64,000 bases of DNA from assembly GCA_905178155.1 (NCBI GenBank), contig CAJINV010000017.1, forward strand, positions 488,722 through 552,721. The letters are read 5' to 3'. Shown piece by piece: positions 38,219 through 48,556 of the stretch. The notes beneath the pieces are model-generated. The model searched no databases, was not told where the DNA came from, and saw only the letters and a list, made by a program, of their open reading frames with translations. The DNA comes from Amoebophrya sp. A120. Its lineage: Eukaryota; Protista; Dinoflagellata. Positions within the stretch are counted from its first letter, which is position 1; every line of letters begins with the position of its first letter. The position numbers and the translations under genes were made by a program.

Positions 38219-39547
38219 TTGAGTATGTACAACCATGTAGCCCCTCGTACGAACATGAATCCATATTTTTTTGAGCACAACTTGCTGGATTGGCACCGTA
38301 GAAGAAGTTTTTGCTGGCGTTGTCAGTACGAAATTCAACTTGATTTGCCGGCTCAGAGGGCACTTTCGCGGACAATGCCATGCGTGTTTCGTGCTGCTTT
38401 GTTCGATGTTCTCTTCGTCTCGGCAGTCAACACGACCGCTTTGCTCATTTTTTCCTCCTGTGGATGTGGAAATGCAACTAATTATGTCGCCGGTGGAAGC
38501 TTCAAGCATACCAAGATTGTGAATCCGGCCGCAGATGTCGCTGTTGGTGTTGGAGTAAGCAAGAAGCAGATGGAGGCGATGATAGCGAAGGCGGTGGAAA
38601 ATGTGTACGAGAACAAGGTCAAGACGGAGATCCAGAAAGCGGAGCAGCGGGCTACCAATGTTGCAATTGGCCTGGTTCAGGATGTCGATTCGAGACGCCG
38701 CAAGGACAAGGCGGAAGTCGGGGGGCGCATGAAAAAAATGCATGACAAGCTCAAAACGACGAAGGCCGAGATTCGCAGCGCGATCGACAAGAAAGACCTG
38801 AAGGACGACGACCGCTTTAATCAGATGATGGCGATGATGCAGGGCATGCGGGTCAGTGGAAATGAAAGCGCTCCCGCCACCACGGGTGGAACTAGCAGCG
38901 GGGCGGCTACCATGGAGCCAGGTGCGGCGGCGTTGACGGGCACTGCGGCCACCGACACGACGGTGGTCGCCCCTGTGGTCGATGACGAACCCGAGCAGAA
39001 AACCTCCAACACCGAGGGCCTGAAGAGTTCGAATTTTTACCGCGCTGGCGAATTCAGTGGTGACGAAGACAGCGACGATTTTTCCGACATCAACCAGTCC
39101 GATGATGAGGGTTTCCAGGCCCGGGTCGAAGAGATCATCTCGTCTTCAACTGGGTTGAAAACTCGCAGTGGGGAGCAGCATACTGAAGGCGATGGTGAAG
39201 AAAATGATGAGGAGTGCGTTGACGGCCCGGCGGCGAAAAAGAACAAGCCCAGCAACGTCGGCAAGTCGGAAAGTGCAGCGAAACACCTCGAGGGGCGGTC
39301 GGGGGTAGAGGTAAATCACCTAGAGTTACATGCGCAGCTGTTTACTTTAGATGGTGAGGTGGGCGAGCATAATGACTGGGTTCAAAATGATTTCATGGTA
39401 GCGGCCAGCCCCGGCAGGCACTACTCCGACTTCATTGCGAACACAAATGAAAAGAAAACTCAAAAAAGGAAAAAAATAATGGAAAAAAAACAAAAGAAAA
39501 ATCAATTACAAACAGGCACAGCCCGCTACTGCCTAGGGAGACGGTAA
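38219..39547 (+). CDS. ORF1-like coiled-coil protein of retrotransposon 1
   Basis: GVSKKQMEAMIAKAVENV (38552) resembles GITEEQVRRIVALEVVKV of element 2, followed by a coiled coil and an acidic tail. Stop overlaps the ORF2 ATG (TAATG 39545-39549). True start uncertain. Confidence 0.65.
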   Translation: MSMYNHVAPRTNMNPYFFEHNLLDWHRRRSFCWRCQYEIQLDLPAQRALSRTMPCVFRAALFDVLFVSAVNTTALLIFSSCGCGNATNYVAGGSFKHTKIVNPAADVAVGVGVSKKQMEAMIAKAVENVYENKVKTEIQKAEQRATNVAIGLVQDVDSRRRKDKAEVGGRMKKMHDKLKTTKAEIRSAIDKKDLKDDDRFNQMMAMMQGMRVSGNESAPATTGGTSSGAATMEPGAAALTGTAATDTTVVAPVVDDEPEQKTSNTEGLKSSNFYRAGEFSGDEDSDDFSDINQSDDEGFQARVEEIISSSTGLKTRSGEQHTEGDGEENDEECVDGPAAKKNKPSNVGKSESAAKHLEGRSGVEVNHLELHAQLFTLDGEVGEHNDWVQNDFMVAASPGRHYSDFIANTNEKKTQKRKKIMEKKQKKNQLQTGTARYCLGRR

Positions 39548-42500
39548 TGACACACTTCATGCGGATGCGCGACTGTGGATCTGGGAACGGAGGCAGAAAG
39601 ACGAAGCTCAAAAACAAGAAGTTGCAGGCTCTACCAGTTTACAGACGATGGGAAATTCTACAGCATCAACTACCAGTACGAAACCATAAACAAGAATGCA
39701 GCAAAATCAAAACTATTCACAAGCGGATGAGCGTCGGATGCTCCACTTCTTCTTCTTCCTCTTCAAACGAGACACAGCTACAGCTTGTTGCTGATGCACA
39801 GGCAAAAAGAGACGTAACTGCTTATAATTACGCAACCAAGCAGCTGGTGACGTGGGTGGACGATTACAGTGGGGAAGATAATACTTCGGTGAGCAAAATG
39901 AAAAAAATAAAAAAAAGCAAAAAATCTACAAGCACAAAAAAAATGAAGAACTATCAAGAAGCACCTGCATCAACAACGATTCTACGGAGCAGCAACTACA
40001 ATCGCGAGGCATCTTCAGCAGCAACTACTCCAGAGCGGAAGGACTGCAATGGCACCGCGTTCACAGCACAAACCGGCTCGCCGGGTAGTCACGTCTTCCT
40101 CGATGGTGGTTCACAAATGAAGACAAATGATCACCCCGCCGACCGGAAAAACGTCTTACGACCGGGTCTTGCGACTCGGGCTGCGGATGTTAGACCGATG
40201 GTGGTGGCGATCGCGGCGGCTATGTGGGTGTTGCAGCTATTACACACGCTAAGGTCAACGCTACTAATCCTTCTTGCGCAGATCGAACATAATCACGCAG
40301 TATGGTCGGGATCAAAGAGCAACGGACGCAGCCGAAGGAGTAGTGTTGGTGTTCGCAGAAATAACGAAGACGGTCGGTGCGTGTTGGTTGAGCCAAGTAA
40401 ACATGACCCCAAATGGATGAGGAGTAGTGAGATAAGATCAACACGGGCGAAACAGATACGATTTCAGATCAAATCACAACAGCGTGCGTGGGTGGGTCAT
40501 TACTTCTTCTCGGTGGTGGTGCGGCCGTGTTTGCGTTTGGTAAATAAGATAAATTTTGGTTACTCGCACTCACTTTCTTCTGTAATCAGGCATGCTATCT
40601 CCTCGGTTGATGTTGTTGCGAAAAACCTAGAACAGATCTACTGGCATCGGCTGCCGTCGCTGGAAACGGGCGGACGGGAGAAATTCGTCAGTTCTCACAG
40701 TACCGGGGGGCGCGTCGCGAACTCGTCGCTAAGGCGGAAGTTGCTATTGGTCGTCTTGTTTCTACCTTTGTGGTCAGCAACCGCTGCGGGCTGGATGATG
40801 TCGCACGTGCCCGGACTCCAGGTGATGACCGGCTGCAAGATACACAGACATGGAGCGGTGCGCGCGTCTAGATCATGGTGTCGGATTGGGGTGGAGACAT
40901 GCAATGAGTCTTGCGCTGCACTTGCAGCACGAGACGAAATGCTCAAAACCCTCTGTGTGAACGTGTGTAGGACTTGTTCCTTCGGCACGATAGGATATCG
41001 AAAAAAAATGAAAAAAAATGAAAAAAAAAGAAGACGCAGTAAGAAAATAGCGCAGCGATGTCGTGACGAAGCTCGCGCACTCTCTCGGGAGTGGGGCGAG
41101 CTCAACAGGGTGACCGTTCTCGGTCGATACGAAATGAAGGAGGAAAAAAATCAAAAAATAAAAGAAAATCAAAAAACCAAATCTTGTGATTACGAAGAGG
41201 ATAACGTAGCCTCAGGTCTTGTGGGGGTCACCCACTCGCACGGCAACCCCAAGTGCAGAGCAGCATCCTCTTGTTGGTATGCGGCAGCAGATTCGCGACA
41301 GGAAGAAGCGCTGACAGCGCCCTCCTTCGGCCCTTGCGAGCAAAGTACTTCAGTGCCGCCGGGGAAACAAGAACTTGGCCTACACTTCGACTCGGATATG
41401 GCGGGGGCAGACGATAGCGGCGGCGCGACGGCAGATCAAAAACCGATTGGAAACTCGACAGCGTCACCTTACGGCCGTAGCAGTCAATTCGCCGCAGTAT
41501 CATCGGGGGAGCCAGTAAAAAAACGACACTTCGAGCGGGTCACCATGGGGAGAGCCGAAACTCGGGATGCCACAGCAGATGTGATTATCGAAACGCCGTC
41601 GGAAGATCAGGAAGCACAATCGCTTCGGACTACTGCTACTACGGGGGGAGAGACGCGACAGCCTGCTTTTGCGGGGGCAAACGATACAGCTCATCCCTGC
41701 GCCGCCGCTTCTAATGCGATTTCCGTAATGCCGCCGTGGGGGCAAACTATTGAAGTACACCAAGCCACAGCTACTGCGGGTAGACAGCTTGCTTTTGCGG
41801 AGACAGATCACGCGGGCCTGCTCCATTCAGCCACTTTTCGAACTAGCACCAAGGGAGGTAGTGGCGCGCATTCAGATGCAAGCACACAGTACGCCAGCGG
41901 CAGCGACTTTGACTCGGACAGCGACGACGGCGAGCAACCTGGCATGGAGGGCCGCGACCCTCTGCCACCGGTCGTGCATTTGGGAGGCGCAATCAGCGTG
42001 CCGGGCGCTTTCGATGCCAATGGTATGGAGCATACGTCCGATGAAGAAGAAGACGGACATAGTGGGAAGCGCGGCGACAGTCCTAACCAGCCGGGGGGCA
42101 GCAGCGATGGAGGTAACGAAGGAGAGGGTGGCCATGGAAATGACGAAGATGACGCTCCTCCAGACCCGGACCCTTTTGCGGGGCTACCAATTCGGGAAGA
42201 TTTGCTGTCTTACGCGGGGCACCAGCGTCTTCGGATCGGTCTGGTCAACATGAGGTCGTCAAGATTAGGTACGAAGCGATTCGCTTGGGCCCTCCGGGTT
42301 GCTTCTTGGAGAAAATGGGGAGTGATGTTGCTGGACGAATTCCAGTACGAGAAGTCCTCGATAGATGGCGAGTCGGGCAAAGGAGACGATCCCGAGCCGG
42401 CGGAGGCTGCCGCGGAGCTGCTTGGGCACAACTCCGATGGGGAAGGCGAGAACCTGCAGGGCGGCGACTACATGCAGGATGACGACGAGCTGGAGAGCAT

Positions 42501-45500
42501 CCCAGACGCACCAGAGACCGGCCCAGATGCGGTTTGGGAGCGCATGGAAAAATTCGACATCGTGTACACAAATGGCGTTGCCATCGTGGTAATTGTGCCG
42601 GCGCTGCGGAAGCAGCTGGCGAAGGCGATGGAAAACCGCAAGGAGTGCGTCCGCGCACGACCCAGGATGCTTTCCATATACTTAAACGAGTTAGTTCTTT
42701 GTGCTTTCTATGCTCCAACAAGTTCGGCTTCCAAAGAGATGCGACAGCGTTTTGACATGAATTTTATCGCTAACATGCTGGAAATGAAAAGAAGAAAGGA
42801 GCACAAATGGAAGCTCCGCATTATAGGGGGGGACCTAAACGCGCAAATAGGTCATGAAGAATGGGGGATGTCGGGCATTCATGGTGGGGAGGGGCTTCCC
42901 CACACGAACCCGCGCGGGAACGAGGTGGGGGGCTGGCTCAGGGGGAGCAACGCAGTACTGGTTGGCACCCATTACCCGTCAGAAAATAGCGCTACAAGGG
43001 GCGAAAATGAGTTAGATCATATCATAACAGATGGACGCTTTTTGCATTGCTTTCGCACCTACGGAAGGATAGACATGAACGGCGGGGGGGGGCCAGGAAA
43101 GGAAAAATCGCCCAAAAGGTTTGACCATATGGGCATCGAGTGCGATTTAGACGTAAAAACGCACGAGAAGCTCAAGATGGAAGGCATTGAAAGACGCGCG
43201 GCTGCCATGGTAATTGAGTCAAACCCATCGCCCAAAAAGCTAAAAAAGTTCAATCGTCGGCTGGGCAACAAGATCAGGGAGCAGGGAGACAGTTTTGGAG
43301 TCCCAGAATTCCAAGACTACCTGATCGAGTCGCTCCCGATGTTTCTGACCAAAAAGTCAAAGAGCCCAAAAAAATTGCCGGAGGTGGAAGAGTTAGCCGA
43401 CAACCCGCAGTCGAGAAATGAGGTTTGGGCGCTCTTTCGGGAGCAGCTCGCCAACAAAACGGACCGGACGGTGGGAATTACGGCTGAACAGTCCAAGAAG
43501 CAGCTCGAAAAGGTGGGGTCCACGCCATTACATCCAGGTTTGCATGAAGTACCTGCGGCCCCGGCGGTGTCCGGGGTTGTGGAAAGGCTGTCCGCGGAGG
43601 ACTTGGAGGAACTGGATAAAGAGGTGGACTTCGAAGAGTTGGAGGAGGCGGTAAAGAGCCTGAACAGAGGGGGCAAGGCGAAGGACATTTATGGGCTTAC
43701 AGCGGATATCTTGAAGCATCTCGACTCGGACCGGACCTCCCTGCTTTGTCATGTGCTAAATAGAGAGCTGAAGGGCAAGAAGCTAAGTGACATCGACAAA
43801 AGGATTCATCGCTGTCGAAATATGCCACTTTTTAAAAAAGGCAAGCGTGACGACCCGGACTGTTATAGATTCTTGTGCGTGAGCCCTTTAGTGTTGAAAA
43901 CTATAGTAAAAATCTACACAGACCGGCTCTATTTCTTGCTCGAACAGAAGGGATTTTTTCCGAGCACGCAGTTTGGCTTTCGAAGGGGTATGGGGTGTCT
44001 CGACTCCCTTACCATTTTCGCACGTCTGCGGGAGGACCTGGAACACTATGGAGAAGAAGAGTTTTTTAGAATCATCGCAATCTTAGTCGATTTGCGGAAA
44101 GCGTTTCCATCGCTCGACTCTAGGATGATGGAAAAAGTAGCAGAAGACATGGGCCTGTCAGGAACAATTTGCTGGGAGGTGCTAACAGCAAGCCACAGGA
44201 GTGCCCAGCACAACTTTACGAGTGAAGTTGAAAAAGAGTTCACACTGCCGCATGGATGTAAAGAAGGCTGTGTATCAAGCCCGCTATTGTTCTTATTAAC
44301 GTACACGGTAGTAGTGCGCCTATACATGAAAAAAGTGGAAGAGGAGAGGCCATTAGACTGCGGGGGGGTGGCTCTTCGTTGCCTTCCTGCGGAGTTCCAC
44401 GAGAAACGCCGCGACAAAATTTTCAGCATCTTGACCCAGGACCTAGGCAGCACAGCCCTGAAAAAGTTAGAGCTGGCCGCCCTTTTGTTTGCAGATGACA
44501 CCACGCTACTTTACATTGCATCGCGCGCAGAACTCGAAGAAATGCGGCAAAAAGACAAAGAAAGGAGGGAGGCGAAGCCAGAGCCCCTTCCTCCGTCTGA
44601 CTGCCCAGCGACAGAGATCTTGACGGAGATTTTGCATGCGTGTGGGATGAGAGAAAACGACTCCAAAAGGGTGCAGGAAGACGTGACAGAAATCATGACT
44701 CGAAATCTAGGCATGAACACGAATAACAGTGAAGACATTCGCATCAAAATAAACAAAGCGTGGCGGGCTTATTTTGGCCTCCGGTCTAAGCTCGCCACGG
44801 TGCAAGGTTTAAGCAACAAACGCAGGGGCGAACTAGTAGCGGTAATGATCAGGACGGTGCTCACCTACGGCTTACAGTGCCGTAAGGTGGAGCCGTACGA
44901 GATCAGGCAATTAGAGTTGGTAGAAATGCAAATAGCGATGAGGTTGCTAGACATTCCCTGGTGGATGCGCACAGCGGGGGAGGTTCGTAGCTCTCAGCTG
45001 CGCAAGAGCATGCGGCTTCCGCCTTTGGGGGCGTATATTAACTTTATCCAGGCCAAGCATTTCGGGCACGTAATGAGGAAGCCGAAGGGCGACATAGTGC
45101 GGATGGCGATGACAGGGCATTTCTTTCCCCCAGTGACCCAGGAATTCGACGCGCGGGGCTACATGCGTAGCGATGCGGACATCGAGGAGCTGGATGCCAA
45201 AAAGCGCGCAGCCAAAAAAACCTCCTACGTGGAGCACCTGGTAGGGCGCTTGCGCGACAAGTGTTTCATCCCAGTGAACATGCAGCATCTGTTATTCGAG
45301 TCGGTGGAAGAATGTCGGGCGCGGCGTCCTGAACTGGAAGGAGCGCAGTCCCTGTATCTGCAAAACAAACGGGCCTACTACGCTGCAACGCGCTGGCGGT
45401 TCATTGTGGAAACGCTAGAGGACTGGGACAAAGCATCTACGCCAGAAGAAGCGGAGGAATCGGCGGACTGGCTGGCGACAAAATACTTTGGCAGCAGCAC

Positions 45501-46398
45501 GAACTGCACTAGAGCAGAACTACGGAAGCGCGCGATCGACGCGGGGAAAAGCGTCGAGGAGGCGGTGCGGGGGTATGAGACAAAAACGGGCGGCGTCCAA
45601 GGCATTCAGCTGGCTGAAAAATGTCTGTGGTGTAACATGAAGCTCCTCGAGAAGGAGGAGGCGGAGCACTTCGAACCCACGCACCCGAAGAAGCCGCCGC
45701 CGCTGCACCTGCAGATGCATCTACGCGAGCGGCATCAGGTAGAGTATCACTTGGTGAACGAGGTGCAGAGCGAAGCAATGCGGCAAAACGCCGCGGACGA
45801 TGTAGAGCGGGCGACATCTTTGCGGCGGGATATCCTAGAGGAAAATAGCGACCTACTATGCGAAAAGGCAAACAATGGCGGGCGGTACTTGATGGGCCGC
45901 CGGTGTTTCGTGCCGCAGATTCACTGCAAGGCCTGCGGCAAGAATTTTACCTCAACAGCGGGCGCCATGGCAAAGCATGCGCAGGACCACCGGGAAAACA
46001 AGTATGTCCGCTTGGCGCAATTAATACGGCCGCAGGCGGCGAACGGGCTGGCACCCGGCGAATTCCGGCCGGTATATCATCTGTGGGACAGCGCGAACGG
46101 GCGGCACATTCCGGGCCCGGATGCTAGGATGACGAGCATACACATTCCTGCCGATCGCATTTGGAAAAACCGCAATGATGAGACTTTTCTCCGCTGCAAA
46201 ATCTGCAAGAGCAAATACAAGAAGCAGATCGCCGAAAGCGGGCAGCCGATTTGTTACGACTCCCACTCCCTCGCGAAGAAGATCGGCATGATGGAAAAAC
46301 ATGAGGAGCGTTGTGCCAAGAAAAAAATGAAAAAAGAGAAAGAGCTGCTCATTGATCAAGCGCAATCAGATAGCGACAGCGCACCACAGGAACACTGA
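39547..46398 (+). CDS. ORF2 of retrotransposon 1: long N-terminal extension, APE endonuclease, reverse transcriptase, Zn fingers
   Basis: APE: LRIGLVNMRS (42229), FYAPT, GGDLNAQIG, ELDHII, FDH. RT: PLFKKGK, QFGFRRG, DLRKAFPSL, GCKEGCVSSP, FADD (44488-44499). C-terminal CLWC, CKAC...HAQDH, CKIC...HEERC. Confidence 0.95.
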   Translation: MTHFMRMRDCGSGNGGRKTKLKNKKLQALPVYRRWEILQHQLPVRNHKQECSKIKTIHKRMSVGCSTSSSSSSNETQLQLVADAQAKRDVTAYNYATKQLVTWVDDYSGEDNTSVSKMKKIKKSKKSTSTKKMKNYQEAPASTTILRSSNYNREASSAATTPERKDCNGTAFTAQTGSPGSHVFLDGGSQMKTNDHPADRKNVLRPGLATRAADVRPMVVAIAAAMWVLQLLHTLRSTLLILLAQIEHNHAVWSGSKSNGRSRRSSVGVRRNNEDGRCVLVEPSKHDPKWMRSSEIRSTRAKQIRFQIKSQQRAWVGHYFFSVVVRPCLRLVNKINFGYSHSLSSVIRHAISSVDVVAKNLEQIYWHRLPSLETGGREKFVSSHSTGGRVANSSLRRKLLLVVLFLPLWSATAAGWMMSHVPGLQVMTGCKIHRHGAVRASRSWCRIGVETCNESCAALAARDEMLKTLCVNVCRTCSFGTIGYRKKMKKNEKKRRRSKKIAQRCRDEARALSREWGELNRVTVLGRYEMKEEKNQKIKENQKTKSCDYEEDNVASGLVGVTHSHGNPKCRAASSCWYAAADSRQEEALTAPSFGPCEQSTSVPPGKQELGLHFDSDMAGADDSGGATADQKPIGNSTASPYGRSSQFAAVSSGEPVKKRHFERVTMGRAETRDATADVIIETPSEDQEAQSLRTTATTGGETRQPAFAGANDTAHPCAAASNAISVMPPWGQTIEVHQATATAGRQLAFAETDHAGLLHSATFRTSTKGGSGAHSDASTQYASGSDFDSDSDDGEQPGMEGRDPLPPVVHLGGAISVPGAFDANGMEHTSDEEEDGHSGKRGDSPNQPGGSSDGGNEGEGGHGNDEDDAPPDPDPFAGLPIREDLLSYAGHQRLRIGLVNMRSSRLGTKRFAWALRVASWRKWGVMLLDEFQYEKSSIDGESGKGDDPEPAEAAAELLGHNSDGEGENLQGGDYMQDDDELESIPDAPETGPDAVWERMEKFDIVYTNGVAIVVIVPALRKQLAKAMENRKECVRARPRMLSIYLNELVLCAFYAPTSSASKEMRQRFDMNFIANMLEMKRRKEHKWKLRIIGGDLNAQIGHEEWGMSGIHGGEGLPHTNPRGNEVGGWLRGSNAVLVGTHYPSENSATRGENELDHIITDGRFLHCFRTYGRIDMNGGGGPGKEKSPKRFDHMGIECDLDVKTHEKLKMEGIERRAAAMVIESNPSPKKLKKFNRRLGNKIREQGDSFGVPEFQDYLIESLPMFLTKKSKSPKKLPEVEELADNPQSRNEVWALFREQLANKTDRTVGITAEQSKKQLEKVGSTPLHPGLHEVPAAPAVSGVVERLSAEDLEELDKEVDFEELEEAVKSLNRGGKAKDIYGLTADILKHLDSDRTSLLCHVLNRELKGKKLSDIDKRIHRCRNMPLFKKGKRDDPDCYRFLCVSPLVLKTIVKIYTDRLYFLLEQKGFFPSTQFGFRRGMGCLDSLTIFARLREDLEHYGEEEFFRIIAILVDLRKAFPSLDSRMMEKVAEDMGLSGTICWEVLTASHRSAQHNFTSEVEKEFTLPHGCKEGCVSSPLLFLLTYTVVVRLYMKKVEEERPLDCGGVALRCLPAEFHEKRRDKIFSILTQDLGSTALKKLELAALLFADDTTLLYIASRAELEEMRQKDKERREAKPEPLPPSDCPATEILTEILHACGMRENDSKRVQEDVTEIMTRNLGMNTNNSEDIRIKINKAWRAYFGLRSKLATVQGLSNKRRGELVAVMIRTVLTYGLQCRKVEPYEIRQLELVEMQIAMRLLDIPWWMRTAGEVRSSQLRKSMRLPPLGAYINFIQAKHFGHVMRKPKGDIVRMAMTGHFFPPVTQEFDARGYMRSDADIEELDAKKRAAKKTSYVEHLVGRLRDKCFIPVNMQHLLFESVEECRARRPELEGAQSLYLQNKRAYYAATRWRFIVETLEDWDKASTPEEAEESADWLATKYFGSSTNCTRAELRKRAIDAGKSVEEAVRGYETKTGGVQGIQLAEKCLWCNMKLLEKEEAEHFEPTHPKKPPPLHLQMHLRERHQVEYHLVNEVQSEAMRQNAADDVERATSLRRDILEENSDLLCEKANNGGRYLMGRRCFVPQIHCKACGKNFTSTAGAMAKHAQDHRENKYVRLAQLIRPQAANGLAPGEFRPVYHLWDSANGRHIPGPDARMTSIHIPADRIWKNRNDETFLRCKICKSKYKKQIAESGQPICYDSHSLAKKIGMMEKHEERCAKKKMKKEKELLIDQAQSDSDSAPQEH

Positions 46399-46514
46399 TA
46401 ATTTTTAATTACAGTATAGACCCCGCAGCTGGGTACATCATCATCATCATTGAACAATTTCTGCCCTGGCTTTAGTACAGTACCTTCGAAGTTCCTGCCG
46501 CCGTATGGCGGATC

Positions 46515-47753
46515 ATGAGTCTTTTTCGAACGACGAGCAAATCCAAGTCTTTTGTTGATCCCGTATATGTCCTCAAGAAGCGGCAAATCGGTTATTTCCC
46601 TCGGGTCTGGTCGACATTCTGGAGGTTTCATGTTCGAACTTCAGCAAGCTCTGCTTGTGGATCTGGAAACGAGGAACAACATCATGGCAATCGAAATTCT
46701 TCCCCAACTACAGTTCCCACGTTCATCGACCATTACGCCGTCCTCGGTTTACCCGGCCCCTTTCCGAGAGAAACGTCACAGAAAACCGCTGACACCGCGA
46801 TCAAAACGGCGTACTTTCGAAAGGCGAAGCAGTGCCACCCAGATGCGAAAGGAAATAGAGAAGGCGACGCAGCCGGGGCATCCGCACGATCAGTCCCTTC
46901 GGCTAGTGCGACACCCCAGGAGAATCAACACGTCGACGACCACTCGCAGAGTGGAGGGAGCAGGAGTGCGCAACTACAGGAAGAGCAGCTTCAAGCTACT
47001 TTAAGCAGCTCGAACGGTGCAGCCTCCTTCCTGGCTTTGAACCAGGCGTACCGAGCTCTAAAAAATGCCGGCGCGAGACTTCTGTACGACCGGGCCTGGA
47101 GAGGCAATTTTCAACCAGAGGAGGTCTCTGTGGCGTTTGAGGAGAAGCGAAACACGGACAATGTCGCGGAGACGAGGTGGAAGGGGCCAGCGGCCGCTGC
47201 GTCAACCGCTCGCACACTTCCTTCAGAAGGTGATGAACCAAATAGGATGCGTCAAGCCCCCTACCCGAAGAGCACCACTGCCTGTGCCTCAACGTCGGCT
47301 CCACCAAAAGTGAACAAGCGGCACCACGCAAATCATGTTCCCGCGGCAGCAAGTACAGTTTCGTCGTCGTCGTCAAGAGGGAACAAAAGTCCTGCGAATC
47401 GCGCTTTCAACCTGAATCTAGGGTCCTCGGCTTCCCCAGAAAAGGCCGATGGGAGCACTGCCGCGCCACCGAGAAGTACCAGCCGAGGAGAGGCGGGGCG
47501 AGATGGGCAAAAATCAAAACAAGCTGCGCAAAAAGAGCAGCCCATCAGCCTACAGTACTCGCCAGCCATGTCGCACGCGCAGGCGAGGGCGCTGTGGGCT
47601 AAAAGCAAAACGGGAAGGGAATACGCAGAGGAATCTGACGTGAGAAGAAGAAAAAACCGAGAAAGAGACGCGATTTTGAAAAGCAATCCTGACTTGCTGT
47701 TCCAACAAATTGTAAACACGTCGGGGGTCTTGAAAAAAAGAAACTTTAAGTGA
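46515..47753 (+). CDS. DnaJ (J-domain) protein, intronless
   Basis: DHYAVLGL...IKTAYFRKAKQCHPD...FLALNQAYRALKNAGARLLYD with an intact HPD motif. Confidence 0.85.
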   Translation: MSLFRTTSKSKSFVDPVYVLKKRQIGYFPRVWSTFWRFHVRTSASSACGSGNEEQHHGNRNSSPTTVPTFIDHYAVLGLPGPFPRETSQKTADTAIKTAYFRKAKQCHPDAKGNREGDAAGASARSVPSASATPQENQHVDDHSQSGGSRSAQLQEEQLQATLSSSNGAASFLALNQAYRALKNAGARLLYDRAWRGNFQPEEVSVAFEEKRNTDNVAETRWKGPAAAASTARTLPSEGDEPNRMRQAPYPKSTTACASTSAPPKVNKRHHANHVPAAASTVSSSSSRGNKSPANRAFNLNLGSSASPEKADGSTAAPPRSTSRGEAGRDGQKSKQAAQKEQPISLQYSPAMSHAQARALWAKSKTGREYAEESDVRRRKNRERDAILKSNPDLLFQQIVNTSGVLKKRNFK

Positions 47754-48556
47754 CGCACTTGTAGATCGAACGCCAGTTGTGAATTTCTATTGTAGTAGAT
47801 CTATCCCTACGGTGACGTTTAGCTGCCTTTGATTCCACAGTGAAGAAAGATGATGTTCATGACATAGACATACTCATGCACTTTTCGTGTGCCTTATCTC
47901 ATTCTCAGCTCTACGTGGTCCCTCGGTCATTTCTATCTTTTCTTTGGAGCCACTCCGACTCAATAGCTTCTGTCATATCTGAGCTACTTATCCCGCACTG
48001 CGGGCAAAATCGGTTTGAATGAGGCATGTCACTTCTGATTCTGTACTTGTTGACGGTAGCACTATGTATTGTCTGTGCCAGTGAAGTCCGTCGAGTTGTG
48101 GTGCTAGAAAGAAGTCGGTCGCTCGCTTTCTTGGTGCAGCTTGGACTCGCAATCGTGAAGAGGTGTTGATCTTGATCAGCATTCGTTTTCTACCGGATTA
48201 ATGAATGTTGAACGCAGGGCTCCCATTCTTGAAACCTTTTGCTACCCCATTGATTTTGCTGACCACCCAATTTTTCGCAAAAACACGCCCACCCTTGATA
48301 GATACATTTATCTTTGCCCCCCACTCTATCTAGCGATCATTCCTGCGCACATCTAAATCATTCTCGATTTTTGAAGTTGTTTTGATGCTAAGAAGCTACA
48401 GCGTTCTCTTGCTCGTAGTAAGTACGTACTACCCTCTTTATCCATTTTTTTCATCATCTCTTTTTTACATTACAGCACTCACCTCCATACCCGTCATCAC
48501 CCTCCCATGTTGCGTTAACAGCACGTGACGAAAGTTATAATCCTCACGGCATCAAA

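Larger units (their letters stand above)
38219..46450 (+). mobile_element. Non-LTR retrotransposon 1 (APE-RT type), probably 5'-truncated; 5' boundary uncertain
   Basis: Coiled-coil ORF1, ORF2 with APE, RT and Zn fingers, short 3' UTR ending in (CAT)5 at 46436-46450. No TSD recognised. Confidence 0.88.
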
